From positions 64,604,001 to 64,668,000 of the forward strand of contig OX597818.1 of NCBI GenBank assembly GCA_951406725.2: 64,000 bases of DNA, in the 5' to 3' direction. Each line of letters opens with the position of its first letter. The first letter of the stretch is position 1. Source of the stretch: Octopus vulgaris. Its lineage: Eukaryota. A program made the translations under genes and the position numbers. Below are positions 1-14,769 of this stretch, one piece after another. The notes under the pieces are model-generated. The model was not told where the DNA came from. It saw only the letters and a list, made by a program, of their open reading frames with translations, and did no database searches.

Positions 1-624
1 AATAGAATTATGTCAATTTTTTCTCTGTCTATGAGTGAAAGGTTGCGGGCAAAAATAAGGGATTTGTTAAGTAAGATGGGGGATATACTGGCGTAGTAGC
101 TCTATATATATTTATTTACTTACCTATGGATCCACCTTTTGAATATACGAGCGTCCGCGTACGTGTGTATACGCATACACACATATGCACGCGCATATAT
201 GTACATGCATACTTCGATATCTTATAGCTATACCCATGTGCGCGTGTGTCTCTCTGTGTGTGTATATGAGTGTATATGTGCACGCACATACGGACACACA
301 GCCGTGTGTGCGTGCGCATATTGACATGAGTACGGGATTCTTTACTTACGTTCTTATACACATCCTTTAATATCTTATACCTGGACCTAGAGGCGTGGGC
401 ATATACGTGTGTGTATGTAGTGATGGGCGCGCGTATATACATGTGAGCGTGTACGCGCGTAATGTCCGTGTATATATGCGGATATTCTGTTGTATGTATG
501 TGTGTATACGCGCGTGCGTGCGGGTGCGTGTGTGTTTATGTACGTGTTTACACGCGAGTGCGTGTGTATGCTTATGGGCTTGGAGGCGTATATGTACGCG
601 TGTATGTGGGTGTATGTATCCATG

Positions 625-1479
<855 letters not shown>

Positions 1480-1559
1480 CCAGCTAGACAGATAGATACT
1501 TATGTGTGTGTATATATATATATATAAATGTGGTGGGGGTGAATACAAGTATAAAACAA

Positions 1560-2095
1560 AAAATAATTAACTAACAATAGCCAGAATCGAACGTACAAAT
1601 CCACGCTAACACGACTCCTTGCGCATCCGATTGGGACAAATTCTCACCCATCAGTTCTAGCAAAGTTTAATGCATATATACTTAAACTGTCTTATAGTAC
1701 ATATAATAATATAAACAAACCAGAAATGCTTTGTGAGTTGAGGAGACAAACTACTTCTGGAAAACTCATACTATAATAATAACCGTAGAATGATATATAT
1801 CATAATAATACACATTCACCCAATTTAAGGGGTAGTTTATAAACACAAGCAAACAACAAAATTACGATGAATTAACCCTAGCCAGAACTGAAACTACAAA
1901 TCAACGATGACGTGGCTCTTTGCACATGAAATTGGGCCAGACGCTCACCAGGTAATTTCAGCCAAATTTAATGAATAGATACTTAAACTGTCGAATACTT
2001 CATATAATATTTGTAAATAAACCAGAAATGTTTTGTAAGTTACAGAGAGAAAGCTGCTATGAGAAAGACTCATAGTATGATGCATGTCTCCCATA
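1560..2095. repeat. Diverged direct duplication, ~300-bp period
   Basis: Shared anchors TAGCCAGAA, TACAAATC, ATACTTAAACTGTC and AAACCAGAAATG occur at ~1578-1730 and again at ~1879-2030. Confidence 0.75.
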
Positions 2096-2098
2096 GTA

Positions 2099-2132
<34 letters not shown>

Positions 2133-2139
2133 CCTTACT

Positions 2140-3120
2140 GAGTCTTTCTTGTTTGTTTACTCCAGGGAGTAGTGTCTTAGCTGTTTCAGCCTTTCCCAAT
2201 AGCTGTGCTGTTGCAATGAGACGATCTTCATTGTGAAGCTTCTCCCGATTGCTTCAAGGTCCGCTGTTAATTTTAAACTGTTGAGTGACCATAGCTGGGA
2301 TCAGTAATCCAGGTGGGTGAGGACGAATGTCCTCCAGAGGATCATCATGGTTTCCTTTTCTCCGGTTCTGAATGTTATTAAGATCCACTCACCCAGTCTT
2401 TTGCACTTTGTCGCCATCCTGGTAATATGCACTTGGAAAGAGCTATCATCACTCAAGTTGATACCAGGTCCCTCAGTGATTTAAGCTCTGAGATTGTAAT
2501 TCCCTGTGGACCAGTGGACCCTCTAACTTTCATATTTAGTTTTGGACGTTGTTAGCACAGGGCTTCGAATTGTTCATGCTGCAGTTGCGGAACATCGCTG
2601 GGTTCCGTATTTTCTACGAATTTTTCGTATCATAGCAAGGGTGGCTATATGTGGAATTGAGGGTATATCTGAGAGGGCTACTATGAAAAGTACTATTTCC
2701 AAGACAATGCCCTGTGAAACACCGCTCACTATTTGTGTTTTCATTGAGGTGGATCCATTGGCCAGTACTGCATGAGTTCTATCATTCAGAAAATCATATA
2801 ACTCCTCTCCAATTTTCCAGCTATGCCGAGATCATGCAGTTTGTGGCGTCTCGTACCATGACCCACCTTCTCAAAATGTTTTGGTAAATTAAGGTATATT
2901 ACGGCCATATTTGAGTTGCTGAGTCATAATATTCTAGGAGCCGGATCAGGCAGCTCCTCCCTGGTCGATATACTTGCTGGATATCACTCAACAAGTTATT
3001 TTCTTCAAGGACTGCGATTAGGTTCCTTCTTACTCTCTGTTCCATGAATTTGCTGATGTGTGGATTCAGAGAGAGAGGCCTATAGTTTTTGTTACCTGCT
3101 CTGCTTTCTCCGTTATGGTT
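2140..3120 (-). mobile_element. Decayed non-LTR retrotransposon (CR1/L2-group LINE) reverse transcriptase fragment
   Basis: Minus-strand translation with frameshifts: [56 protein letters not shown], then HKLHDLGIAGKL, DFLNDRTHAVLANG and IVSGVSQG. These match LINE RT motifs YRPISL, QHGFRPGRSC and GVPQG. Confidence 0.88.
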
Positions 3121-3191
3121 TGATCTTCGTACATACACACAGACACATGCACGCACATAATCATATATACATACACACATATATATATATG

Positions 3192-3223
<32 letters not shown>

Positions 3224-3301
3224 CACATATATACATACATATATATATGTATGTATATATATATATATATATATATACATACATATATATATATACACAT
3301 T

Positions 3302-3445
<144 letters not shown>

Positions 3446-4507
3446 AACATAAATATGGTATTTACTGTGGAAATCGAAATATTAATAATTCAATACACTC
3501 GGCACTCTCCTGATGTATATATTTCGTGTGTTGATGGAACATTTGAATATCGGTTATCCATAAAAATGTTCAGTCTAGACAAATCTTACTATGAAACAGT
3601 AATATAGTTATGAAGACCAAAGAAAGCATCATTTATACCGTGAAATTACGAGACATCACATTCAGATTCGTGAAAATAAATATGTATTATCTCAGGTGTT
3701 TTATTAATTGCGCATACAATAGTTTGTGCAAAAAATATGTTGAAAGACTGCTAAAACACACAAGAGAAATAATACGAATTATACCGAACGGCTATTCATT
3801 TGTTGACTGATGAGGTAAATCTAATTTAACCACAGGACAATGAAGAATGGAAATCTCAGATCAGATTTTAAAGGTAACTTCCTTTAATTGGAACAACAGT
3901 ATTCTGTGAAATTTCCTCCGACCAGCTTCGAAACCACATAACTATGCAAGTAATACATGTGAAAGTAATTTTTGCAACAGGCTGGGCATTGGTTATGAAT
4001 TAGAATATCTGAAGCGTGATATTTCCTACGAAATGAGAATTTATTAACTTGTGTTGAGGAGAGTGGGCATTTCAACATGCTCCTATTTCATTTCAAACCA
4101 TGACAGTGCTTAGAATTTGATTAAGCAGCATAGACACTTAACCAGATGGACGAAACAGTAACTGTGAGATGCCAATGCAGCAGAAATGTACGTTGTACAG
4201 TTTTAAATTAAATATGGTGAATAATTGACTGCAAAACCCCCAAAAAGTATGCTGACGTACTACTCTCCATATTTACTATAATTGCCTTGGTTATTCACTT
4301 AGTAAACTATTTAGAATAAAACGAAAGTAATCCTTGATAAAGCCATTGGAAAAAAATACACTGCGATTGCTTACCTCAAATAATCGTACCGCTTCGTTAC
4401 TCCTCGATGTGGTTAACCAGTATTTGGATTATGATTGAGCGTTTGAACGGAACCCGCCTGTATATATTATCACTATTTATTCACGACACATACATACACA
4501 CACACAG

Positions 4508-4567
<60 letters not shown>

Positions 4568-4628
4568 TTACACATACATACACTTGTATGTTTGCATGTA
4601 TATATCTCACCAGATGGAGTTAAATACG

Positions 4629-4665
<37 letters not shown>

Positions 4666-4919
4666 GAGAGAGACAGAGAGATACCTCTACCTCATACACT
4701 TCGATATTCTATACCTCTTTCACTTCGGACTATTCTTCCTAGATTGTATACACTACTTCACTTCGGCCTCTTACACTGGACTCTTCCTTTGATAAAAAAA
4801 ACCCCACTCCAATCCAGCACGATATTTGAACCTTTTGAACTTTTCTGAATATCTTTTCTTTTTTTGTACTTTCAGCTTTTTCATATTGTCGTTTCTTCTC
4901 ACTCTGTTTTCTCTGAATC

Positions 4920-5110
4920 TCGATCGCTGGCTACTAAACCATTCTTTTTTTTTCCTGGTCTCTGCTTGTTTGTATATTCCTTTCTGTTGAAGAGCATAGA
5001 CTCGAAACGTAAAAGACGTTCTCACTTCCCGAGCGTTAAATTAATAAGCTTGCTTGTTATTTACACACCCGTCTTCGTCTTTTGTTTTTTTTTATTGTAA
5101 ATTCCAACTA
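4920..5110 (+). mobile_element. Short pLTR-like repeat, family P copy 1, with variant minimal hammerhead at 4980-5015
   Basis: GATCGCTGGCTAC...CTTT-CTGTTGA-A-GAG-CATAGA-CTC-GAAAC-GTA-AAAG...TCTCACTTCCCGAG...GTCTTCGTCTTTTG, ending at a microsatellite. Homologous to copies at 24400, 35600 and 63650. Confidence 0.75.
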
Positions 5111-6067
5111 CACACACACACACATACATATATATATGCATGTATGTATGTATGTATATAATTATTTTAAAGAAGCAAAGGCGAAAGAAATACGACCTCT
5201 CCCAATAAGTTTGATAATGCCGGGGAATTCAGATACTACCGTGAATAAATGGGAATATGGATATTCTTGATAATCAAGGCTTGTGATATTTGGTGGGAGT
5301 TGTTAAAATACCGATAGAAATTGGAAGCAGACTGCGACGAATTGGTTTGCTTTACGATCCAACGTTCTGTTTGCCGAGGGTTTTGATCCGATAAATTTAT
5401 CACCATGAACCGAAAACTTTAAACTCTATGGCACGCTACATCCCTTCTATTAGATTTAACGCTTATAATTTATGACATATTATTAGAGTGTAAAGTTCGG
5501 CGTCTCTATTCTTCTTGGGAACTCGTTGAAGTTAAAACATAAAACTTGTTGGTGAAGCATAACCAACACAACGGTATTTCTTTTTCCAAGACATTTGTAA
5601 ACGGCTTGTATCACATGAGAAAATATATTTCACAAGGCAGATTTATTGACTTAAACAGGAAATATGTATATTTATCTGGAAAACGAATAATCCGCAGAAG
5701 TGAAGTTTATATGTTTTATATTTGTGACACAACGATTTTTTTTATTCATATGATTAGGTATATTTCTCTTTGTGAGAGATGTTAGCTATTGTAAATACTA
5801 GACGGTCAATTTATTTAATTCCAAACATGAAGGATAGCAATACTATTATATCTAGACATATTTGACTACTGACACACAGGGATTATTGTAAAGTGAAGGA
5901 ATCAATATTTTGTTGTTTGTGAATAAGTAGGAAAACTCCATGAATAGACGAAATAAAAAGACGTTCCGTACCCAAGAGGGAACTTAGAGATAGAAAAAAA
6001 AGATGGCATTTCAGTTATATAAAGCATATGAAAATGGATATGTTTCTGTTTCTATATATGAGTACAT

Positions 6068-6108
6068 GTGTGCGTATGTGTGTATGTGTATGTGTGTGTG
6101 TGTGTGTT

Positions 6109-6192
<84 letters not shown>
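6068..6192. repeat. (TG)n microsatellite
   Basis: Directly visible. Confidence 0.98.
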
Positions 6193-6194
<2 letters not shown>

Positions 6195-6548
6195 TGTTCG
6201 TTTTGGCCATTTTTATTATATATTTATGTATCGCTTGTAAAAGGCAAATATGATACGCAGAACGATTCAATATTTAGTTTGATTCGCTCAGTGACCATTG
6301 CAAATTAGGAAAAATATAAAATGAACGTAAGTATTAAGGGTCTCTAACATGAATGGAGTTTGCTTAGGGTGAATAATTTTCTTCTGTCTTTGTATAATAT
6401 TCTTCCAAAATGTTAAAAGGTAGGGCAACCAAGCTTTTCGTTGGTCGACTTACTCAGCGTAGAAATTGTGTTGGATATGCCACTTAAATTCTTACTCCAT
6501 AAAACAAGAGGTATCAAGAGGTATACAACAAACAGGCACGCATCCAAG

Positions 6549-6647
<99 letters not shown>

Positions 6648-6769
6648 TCATACAGTCAGACAACATATTTAGACACACATATATATTAAGAGAGAGAGAG
6701 AGAGATGTAGATAGATAGACAGACAGGTACACAGATAGCTAGCTAGACAGATAGCTAGCTAGATGGATG

Positions 6770-6861
<92 letters not shown>

Positions 6862-6862
6862 T
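6770..6862. repeat. (GATA)n microsatellite
   Basis: Directly visible. The complementary (TATC)n occurs at ~23070-23120 and ~35063-35300. Confidence 0.97.
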
Positions 6863-7202
6863 TTATATATAGAGAGAGAGAGGAGCAGATGATAATGATT
6901 AATGTAAGTAGAATAATTCAAAATAGAAATTTGCATATAGAGATAGATGCAGAAAACAATGTCTTATTTGTATTCCATCATATATTTATTGCGCCACATA
7001 CTAAGGGAATACATAGCTTGAGCTTAAATATGTTCATCCTCTCGCCTGCTCCACGAATATTGGTCATACAGATGCCGACCTACCGCACGGCTATCTCAGC
7101 CGGACGGAACAAATGATGCTAAATACTCAGAGTTAGTTGCACACTACCATCTGATTACCTACAAATAGCTGGATTAATTTAGAAATTATGAAGGTGTTAT
7201 CC

Positions 7203-7390
7203 CGCCGGGCGAAATGCTTAGCTGTATTTCGACTGTCACTACGTTCTGAGTACAAATTCCACCGAGGTCGATTTTGCCTTCCATCATTTCGGGGTCGCTA
7301 AATTAAATACCAGTTGCGCAGTGGGGTCGATCATATCGTTTGGTGCACTCTCCGCATAGTTTCGGGTCTTGTGCCTAAAGTAAAAAAAAA
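7203..7390 (+). mobile_element. SINE family A (Octopus-type tRNA-derived SINE), 5'-truncated
   Basis: CGCCGGGCGAAATGCTTAGC...CCGAGGTCGATTTTGCCTTCCATCATTTCGGGGTCG matches the many other family A copies in the window. Confidence 0.85.
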
Positions 7391-7736
7391 ATTAGGAATG
7401 TTAAAAACACTCACACACAAAAACACACACACATTCACTCACACACCTACAAGTTCAGACATACATGCACACATATATACATGTATATCCCTCTCGCTCT
7501 CTCTCTTTATCTCTCTGCAGATGTGTGTGTGTTGTGTGATTGCTTGACGATTAGGAGTTTGTGCTCATGATCAAAAAATTTTGGTTTCCATTTCCGCTCC
7601 GTATGATGCGCTGTGTTCTTGGGATAATTATTTCAATTCACTCTTAAGGGTCTTCTCAACTTCTTGGGTGCCTTAGAAATTTATTCTCCGAAATATCCGG
7701 GAAACGAGCCTTCTGTACCTGTAAATAGATAAATAA

Positions 7737-7819
<83 letters not shown>

Positions 7820-8224
7820 CATATATAAACATATACATATATATAATCGTGAATAAATCACAGGCATAACAGAGAGGGTTGTAAAATATTTTAGATGTCC
7901 AGTTAAAACCACTACAAAGCCACTATAACCGCTCCTCACAATAAAAGCAGTTGGCGGGCGAAATAACATAAAATTCAAAATTGGATTAAAAATAAAAGTT
8001 TAGTCCTCTAATGGAATTTCATTGTTAGGAAACAAAGAAATTCCGCTCTTCTCCTTGGAAGAACATTCATGTAGATAGAAATGATTCATTCACAATTACA
8101 CACCCTACTTTTATGAAAAAAACATTTTGATTGCATGTTCTGGCCACTGATATATTTGTAAATAATGTAAAATTGTTTAAGATATACCCTGCGTAATGTA
8201 TTTCTACATTCCGTCTTTATATAT

Positions 8225-8680
8225 AAACAAAAATACATAGAAAGAAAAAGAAAAAGAAAAAAGTAAAAAGAAAAACAATTCTGCATTTACAAAAACGTTA
8301 CTTACAAGTAAAACAGTAGAACAGAAAAAGAGAAAGAGTAGTATCAGTGAAGGGAGAGGAGAGAAAATATTAATACAGTGAAGGATGGGTAGTTAGAGTA
8401 ATAGCCGTGGCTGAAAGAATGAGAGAAAACAATGACAGTTTGAGAAAGACAATAACGTTGTACCGAAGATACACTCCGTGTGCTTCCTTCTCGAACGGCT
8501 ATTACTTTCACTCTTTCAGTCACGGCTATTAATCTAACAACCTATCTTTCACTGATACCACTCTTTCTCTTTTCTGTTGTACAGTTTTACTTGTAGGCGG
8601 CATTTTTGTAAACAGGGAATTGCTTGTTTTTCTACTTTCATTTTCTTTTTGTTTTTATTTATATTTGTTTCACATTACCA
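8225..8680. repeat. Imperfect long inverted repeat (fold-back)
   Basis: AATAGCCGTGGCTGAAAGA (8400-8418) pairs with TCTTTCAGTCACGGCTATT (8512-8530). GTATCAGTGAA pairs with TTCACTGATAC, and TACAAGTAAAAC with GTTTTACTTGTA. Confidence 0.85.
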
Positions 8681-8866
8681 TATTATTAAGTTTGAATTAG
8701 GACTTTTATTAATATTTAGTGGATAAAAATGTTGGTTTTTAGTTAAGAATGTTTAGTTAGTTAACCCAATTATTTTTGCAGTTAATTTTTCTTTCATTGA
8801 AATTTTCTTGGCATTTACAGATCGTGAATTGTAATGCTAATGAAACTATGGAGTCTATATATACAA

Positions 8867-8935
<69 letters not shown>

Positions 8936-9349
8936 AGAGTTTTGGTTTTGAACAGTTTGGCGTTCTATTATTATTTGTTAGTTCCGTCAAAGAAAGGTCT
9001 TTGTATACTTTTTTAGTTCTCATTATTCATACCAATGTGTAATTCCTGACGAGGAATCAATTTTTTATTTGCAGAGGACGTTTTAATTGTTGTCTTTGGA
9101 ATTATTTACATTACAAAACAATTCCTTGGTATTATATTGGATCTGTACCAACCTGGAGCACGAATTAAATATCGGCTAGTGCATTTTTTACTCTCTTTAC
9201 ACTGTAGATATTGTTTTTGCTAATACTGAATATATATTTTTCTATAAATATTCTTTGCTCGGAATGTAGGGCGGACTTGGATGATTGACATCCCATCTAA
9301 GGATTTCAGTTCTCAACTCTATTATACACACACATACACTCTCTTCCCC

Positions 9350-9407
<58 letters not shown>

Positions 9408-9733
9408 TGTATGTATGTATGTATGCATATATACAAACATCCACATAAAAACATACTAACATATGTGCATGTAACGTTGATATGCGGCATTGCAGAGCCA
9501 TCAGCGCGTCGGAGAGGTTCTGCTACAACACATGTTTACGCTTCGGATTTTTACCTCCTCAGTTGAAATCCTAACATGATGTGTTTGGGTTGTAGATTTT
9601 GCCCACCACCTGGTCTTGTGCATTTATAACATAAAGGCCTTTCTTCCACCCTTGTTTCCAGATTAAGGTGCTTCATAAATGACATGGACACTTTCATCAC
9701 CTACATTTACAAATATAGAGATATAAACGCACG

Positions 9734-9765
<32 letters not shown>

Positions 9766-10764
9766 GGGGTGGGTATGTGTGTGTGTGTGTGTGCAGGAAA
9801 ATATATACCCATTGAGAGGAAAAGCCCGTGAACCGGTCCCACCTAATTTTTCCTGACCCTGTTTATATTTCCTACCTCTGTATTTCTCTTCCATCTTATA
9901 CTGTTTTCTTCAGGATTTTCCTTTACCCACAGATGAGCAACAGTGTGCAAATCGTTGCCTCTTTTACTATTTCCAGTCTATCTCGTCTTACAACATATAC
10001 AATTTATTGTGAGTGTCTTTTGTTTACATATATATTCTTACGTTTCTTTTCTTAATGCATACGTTTTTGTTATGTATATATATATGCGGATGTGTGTATG
10101 AGTTTGTTTGTGTCCGCGCGTGTGTTAATGCACACCTATGCGCACAAACAATCATACACACTCAGCCCGACGCTATATTTGCTGAGGTTCCCTTTGGTGT
10201 GAATGAATTTGGAATTTTGTGGTTGGGAAACAAAATTTTTTTCACACAGCCACGTCATTTAACTACATTTGTACTTTTATTTCCGCTTCATTTTTTTCTT
10301 CCTATTTGTGTTTTAATATCTATCTATCTACATATAAAATATATAATTTACGCAGACACCTGTATACACGCACATACAAACACACAACGAGAGATACAAT
10401 ATGTAGAAACGAAAGCTACCGTGAAATATTTAAAATTATTCCCCACAGACGAAAGAATAGGCCTAAAAGCGTTTAAATTTGTGTCAGTGTATCTGAAATC
10501 TATGTAGAAAATAGAAACAGCAGCTTTGTAAAGCATTTGTTTATTTATTTTTCACAATTATTGATGATGCAGAAAACTTCTCAGACCATGGTATACACCA
10601 AGGAACTATTACTCACCAATCAATGTGTCGACGTTAATTCATTTAAATTTCTCAGTTCAATAGAATACACAATGGACTGTCTTTCAGAAATGTATTGTCA
10701 GTGACATCTTGGCAGGGAGTGGGGGGTGACTGGTTATATCTTGACATTATTATAAATATATTTA

Positions 10765-11390
10765 AGGCGGTGTGTTTGCAGAACCATTAGCATGCTAGAC
10801 GATATGTTCAGTGGTGTTTCGCCCGACGCTACGTTCAGAGTTCAAATTTCTCCGAGGTCGACTTTGCCTTTCATCCTTTCGGGGTCGATTACTTAAGTAC
10901 CAGTTACGCACTGGGGTCGATGTAATCCACTTAGTCACTTTGACTCTAATTGTTTGTCCCCGCTATGTTTAGCCCCTTGTTGGCAATAAAGAATTAAATA
11001 TATTTAAGGCACTGTGTTCGCAGAGCCATTGGCATGCTACACGAAATGCTTAGTGGTATTTCGCCCGACACTACATTCAGGGTTCAAATTTCACTGAGGT
11101 CGACTTTGCCTTTCATTCTTTCGGGGTCGATTAAATAAGTACCTGTTACGCACTGGGACCGATATAATCGACTTAGTCCGTTCGTCTGTCATTGTTTGTC
11201 CTCTCTGTATTTAGCCCCTAGTGGGTAGTAGAGAAATAGGTATTTCGACCGACGCTACGTTCAGAGTTCAACTTTCACCGAGGTAGACTTTGCCTCTCAT
11301 TTTTTTCGGTGTCGATTAAAGAGATCGATGAAATCGACTTAATCCCTCCCGCCAAATTTGATGCCTTGTCCTCCCAGTTGAAAGGTTTAT
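10765..11390 (+). mobile_element. SINE family A, three head-to-tail units
   Basis: GAGGTCGACTTTGCCTTTCAT(C/T)CTTTCGGGGTCGATT at ~10854 and ~11096, and a diverged third unit at ~11280. Confidence 0.9.
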
Positions 11391-12936
11391 TACCATCCAA
11401 CCACGGTAGTATTTGAATGATATTCATAAGGCCGCAATTTACTCCCACGTGGCAACTTTCAGAGCTTATCGGTAATTCAGTTCTTAACCAAATAGAAAAC
11501 TGTTAACATTTTGGAAGGGGCTGATCCCTAGTTACATTTTAGCATTAAAAAACATTATATTTGGTCCATTAGAAAACAGTTTACATCAAAATTTGTAACT
11601 TCTTTTAATCGTAAAAGCAAAATATAATTCATCTAAGCTTCAATGATAGAAGAAAGCACGAAGGATTACAGAGTTTTCGACCCATGCAACAAAATGTGTT
11701 TAAAAAAGGTGTGAGGTAAAATATTTTTTAAAAGTTGGCAAACACTTGGATTTAAGTATAATTAACATTTTTATTTTAAAACACACTATATTCTAATTAA
11801 GCTTAAACGATAGAGTTCAGTTGCTGAATTCGGAGAATTTTATATGAATTTCATGGAATGAAATTTTTTAAAATGTTCTGAATATTCTCAAATTTGAGGG
11901 TGATAATAGAGTTTTATACATTTTTATAAATATGTTTCTATAAGCGACATTTAATATATGTCACCAGCATCAGAGAGATATGGAAAAAAATTATCAACGA
12001 AACCCGTTAATCTGCAATTAGTTTAAATTACGTTATCTGTATTAATTAATGCAATTATATCATAAAAATGAAAAACATTAAATATTATTGTGAAATTTTC
12101 GCAATAACCTAGCCATTTTAATAATATTTCGAATTCACTCGAAGGCACGTCCGCGCATCTCAGCTGTTACCCTACGGCGTTCAGTAAATTCTGTAAAAAA
12201 ATTTATTTCCTTATTTTTGCGAGTGGAAATGGGCATTTTATTTGAAGTCAGCATAAAGTGAAAGAGAGAAGAATATGGATATGGATGTGTATATGTGTTG
12301 ATAGGGGGTGCGTGACAGAAAGTGTGTTTTGTGTGTGTGAGAGAGAGCGAGAATGAGTGAGAGTGTTACAGCGTATATTTTTTTATTTATATTTTTCACA
12401 TCTTTAGTCAGTGAATTGACTGAGAGAGAGAGAGAGAGAGTAAGCGAGAGGAAGAAGGAGTGTGTTGCTGTTTGTGTTTGTTTGTGTGTGTGTATGTTTG
12501 TGTGTCATAGAGAGAGTGAGGGAGAGATAGCCTAAAGTTTCATCAGAATACACACCTTCACTCGCACGTACACATAATAACCATGTATGTATATTTATCA
12601 AAGCATATACGTGTATACAACGGATATAGGGTGTATTTACGTGTTTCTGTGCGTGTGTGACTTACCCTATCCCTTTTACACATACATGAAAACACCTCTC
12701 TCTCTCTCTCTCTCTCTCTCAGTCAATCACTTACAAACTCACTCACTAAAAAACGATGCGAAAATAGTTAATGAATAAAAAAAATACGCTATCACTCGCC
12801 CCTTCTCTCTCTCTCTCATACAGACAAAGCAAGATACACCTTGTCTCTATTTCTGACAACACACCTCTCTTTCTCTCTCAGTGAAACCCACATTAAAAAG
12901 ATACGAAAAAAGTAATAAACTAAATTTACGCTATCA

Positions 12937-12967
<31 letters not shown>

Positions 12968-13264
12968 ACAACACATACATCTCCCTCTCTTTCTCTCTCT
13001 CTCTCACTCTCTCTTAGTCAATCACTCTCACACTTGAAAAGATGCAGGGGAAATATATGAAAAATGTATAGTGCCACACTCTCTTTCCCTCACACACACG
13101 CACACACACACACACACACACCCTTCTGTCTCTCTCACACATCACACACAACACAGGCTTTTAATCTATAAGTCAATTTTCAATAAGGAAAAAATCTTAA
13201 ATTTTTCCTTGATACATTATTAACTATCATAATAGCATAGCCCGGAAAAAACATGGATTACAAG

Positions 13265-14040
13265 GGAAAATGCGAAGTAAAAATATAATATTCTTACGAT
13301 AAACCTGGAAAAGTACAGGGTAAATTACTACACTTGGAAAAATTCAGTTATTACATCTGGTACAGTACAGAAGAAAACCATTTTTACTTAAAGTATTGCA
13401 GCTATTATAATTTAAAGATGTACTGTCATACAAGAAAATGTAAAAATATGAGAGCCAGAAGTACCAATATAGCTAAAGTTTCATCCAAAGTAGTATAGTA
13501 TATATATGGTAGGAAAATTTCTTATGTTGAAAATAGGCATTGGGTCAAGTCTGAAAATTTGAAGACCTGGCAATAACTTAGGTAGTAACTCAAGCCAATT
13601 CTACTATAATATATAATATATAATATATAACTAGTTTTTTTAATATTCTGTTTATTATACTAATTAATTATGTACTACTATTATTTGTTTATAAATTGTT
13701 TCCAAATTTCCTGTTATTAATTTACAATTCTAAAAAATATTTATTTTTCAAGTGCAAAATATATTTTAATTTAGTTATTTTTTATATTTAATGGAAGTAA
13801 CAGATAGAAGTAATAACTTGTAATAATATTTTTAGTTTTAATAAGAGTTAAAGTTTTCTAAATCTAAATATTTTATTTGCAATTTTATCCTTAGCTGCAA
13901 AATTTTAAGTAAAAATGTTCATGTTCTGTACTCTACCAGAAGTAATAACCTGTCCAGAACTTTTCCAGGTGTAATAATTGTCCAGTACTTTTCCAGGTTT
14001 ATAATGCTAACAATATTATTTCTCCTGCTCATATTTTTCC
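13265..14040. mobile_element. MITE-like element / inverted repeat with ~140-150-bp arms
   Basis: ATAAACCTGGAAAAGTAC...TTATTACATCTGGTACAGTACAGAA...CATTTTTACTTAAAGTATTGCAGCTA (to ~13404) is the reverse complement of TAGCTGCAAAATTTTAAGTAAAAATG...TTCTGTACTCTACCAGAAGTAATAA...GTACTTTTCCAGGTTTAT (from ~13892). The interior is AT-rich and non-coding. Confidence 0.75.
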
Positions 14041-14059
14041 ATGAAACAAATATATCCAA

Positions 14060-14402
14060 GACGGTGAGCTGGCAGAAACGTTAGCATGCCGGGCGAACTG
14101 CTTAGCGGTAATTCGTCTGCTTAAGGCGGCGAGCTGGCAGAAACGATAGCACGCCGGGCGAATGCGTAGCCGTATTTTGCCTGCCGTTGCGTTCTGAGTT
14201 CAAATTCCGCCGAGGTCGACTTTGACTTTCATCCTTTTGGGGTCGATTAAATAAGTATCAGTTACACACTGGGGTCGATATAATCGACTTAATCCGTTTG
14301 TCTGTCCTTGTTTGTCCTCTCTGTGTTTAGCCCCTTGTGGGTAGTAAAGAAATAGGTAATTCGTCTGCTGTTACTTTCTGAGTTCAAATTCCGCAGCAGT
14401 CG
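14060..14402 (+). mobile_element. SINE family A (duplicated head + full body + partial repeat)
   Basis: GGCGGCGAGCTGGCAGAAACGATAGCACGCCGGGCG...GAGTTCAAATTCC (B-box-like)...GAGGTCGACTTTGACTTTCATCCTTTTGGGGTCGATTAAATAAGTA. Confidence 0.92.
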
Positions 14403-14769
14403 AATTTAAAGGTTTTTAATTTTTTCCTGCATTATTAGAAGCTTTCACCATTTATCACTTGATTTATTATTCTGCTTCGGAATTTCACTGCATAAAGCGA
14501 ACTACACTGCTCTTCTCTCTCGTAACAATTTATATAGAAAATTTCCTGCCAATAATGAGACAAAATAAACGTTTTTTTTCTTCCTTTTCATTAAATTTGG
14601 TCTTGCATGTGAACTATTAAAACTTACTTTAATTTTGAGTGTTTGAAATAATAGAAACGTCCATATTATTGATATAATAGATGCGTGAACATCGCACATC
14701 ATCATCATCATCACTAATATATCCTGCTAATTTAAACAGTATGTCGTTATAAAAATAATATATTGTTTC

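Noticed and set aside
3806-3840. CTGATGA-GGTAAAT-CTA-ATTTAACC half-hammerhead
   Set aside because: No GAAA follows the hairpin and there is no stem I; at best a dead relic.
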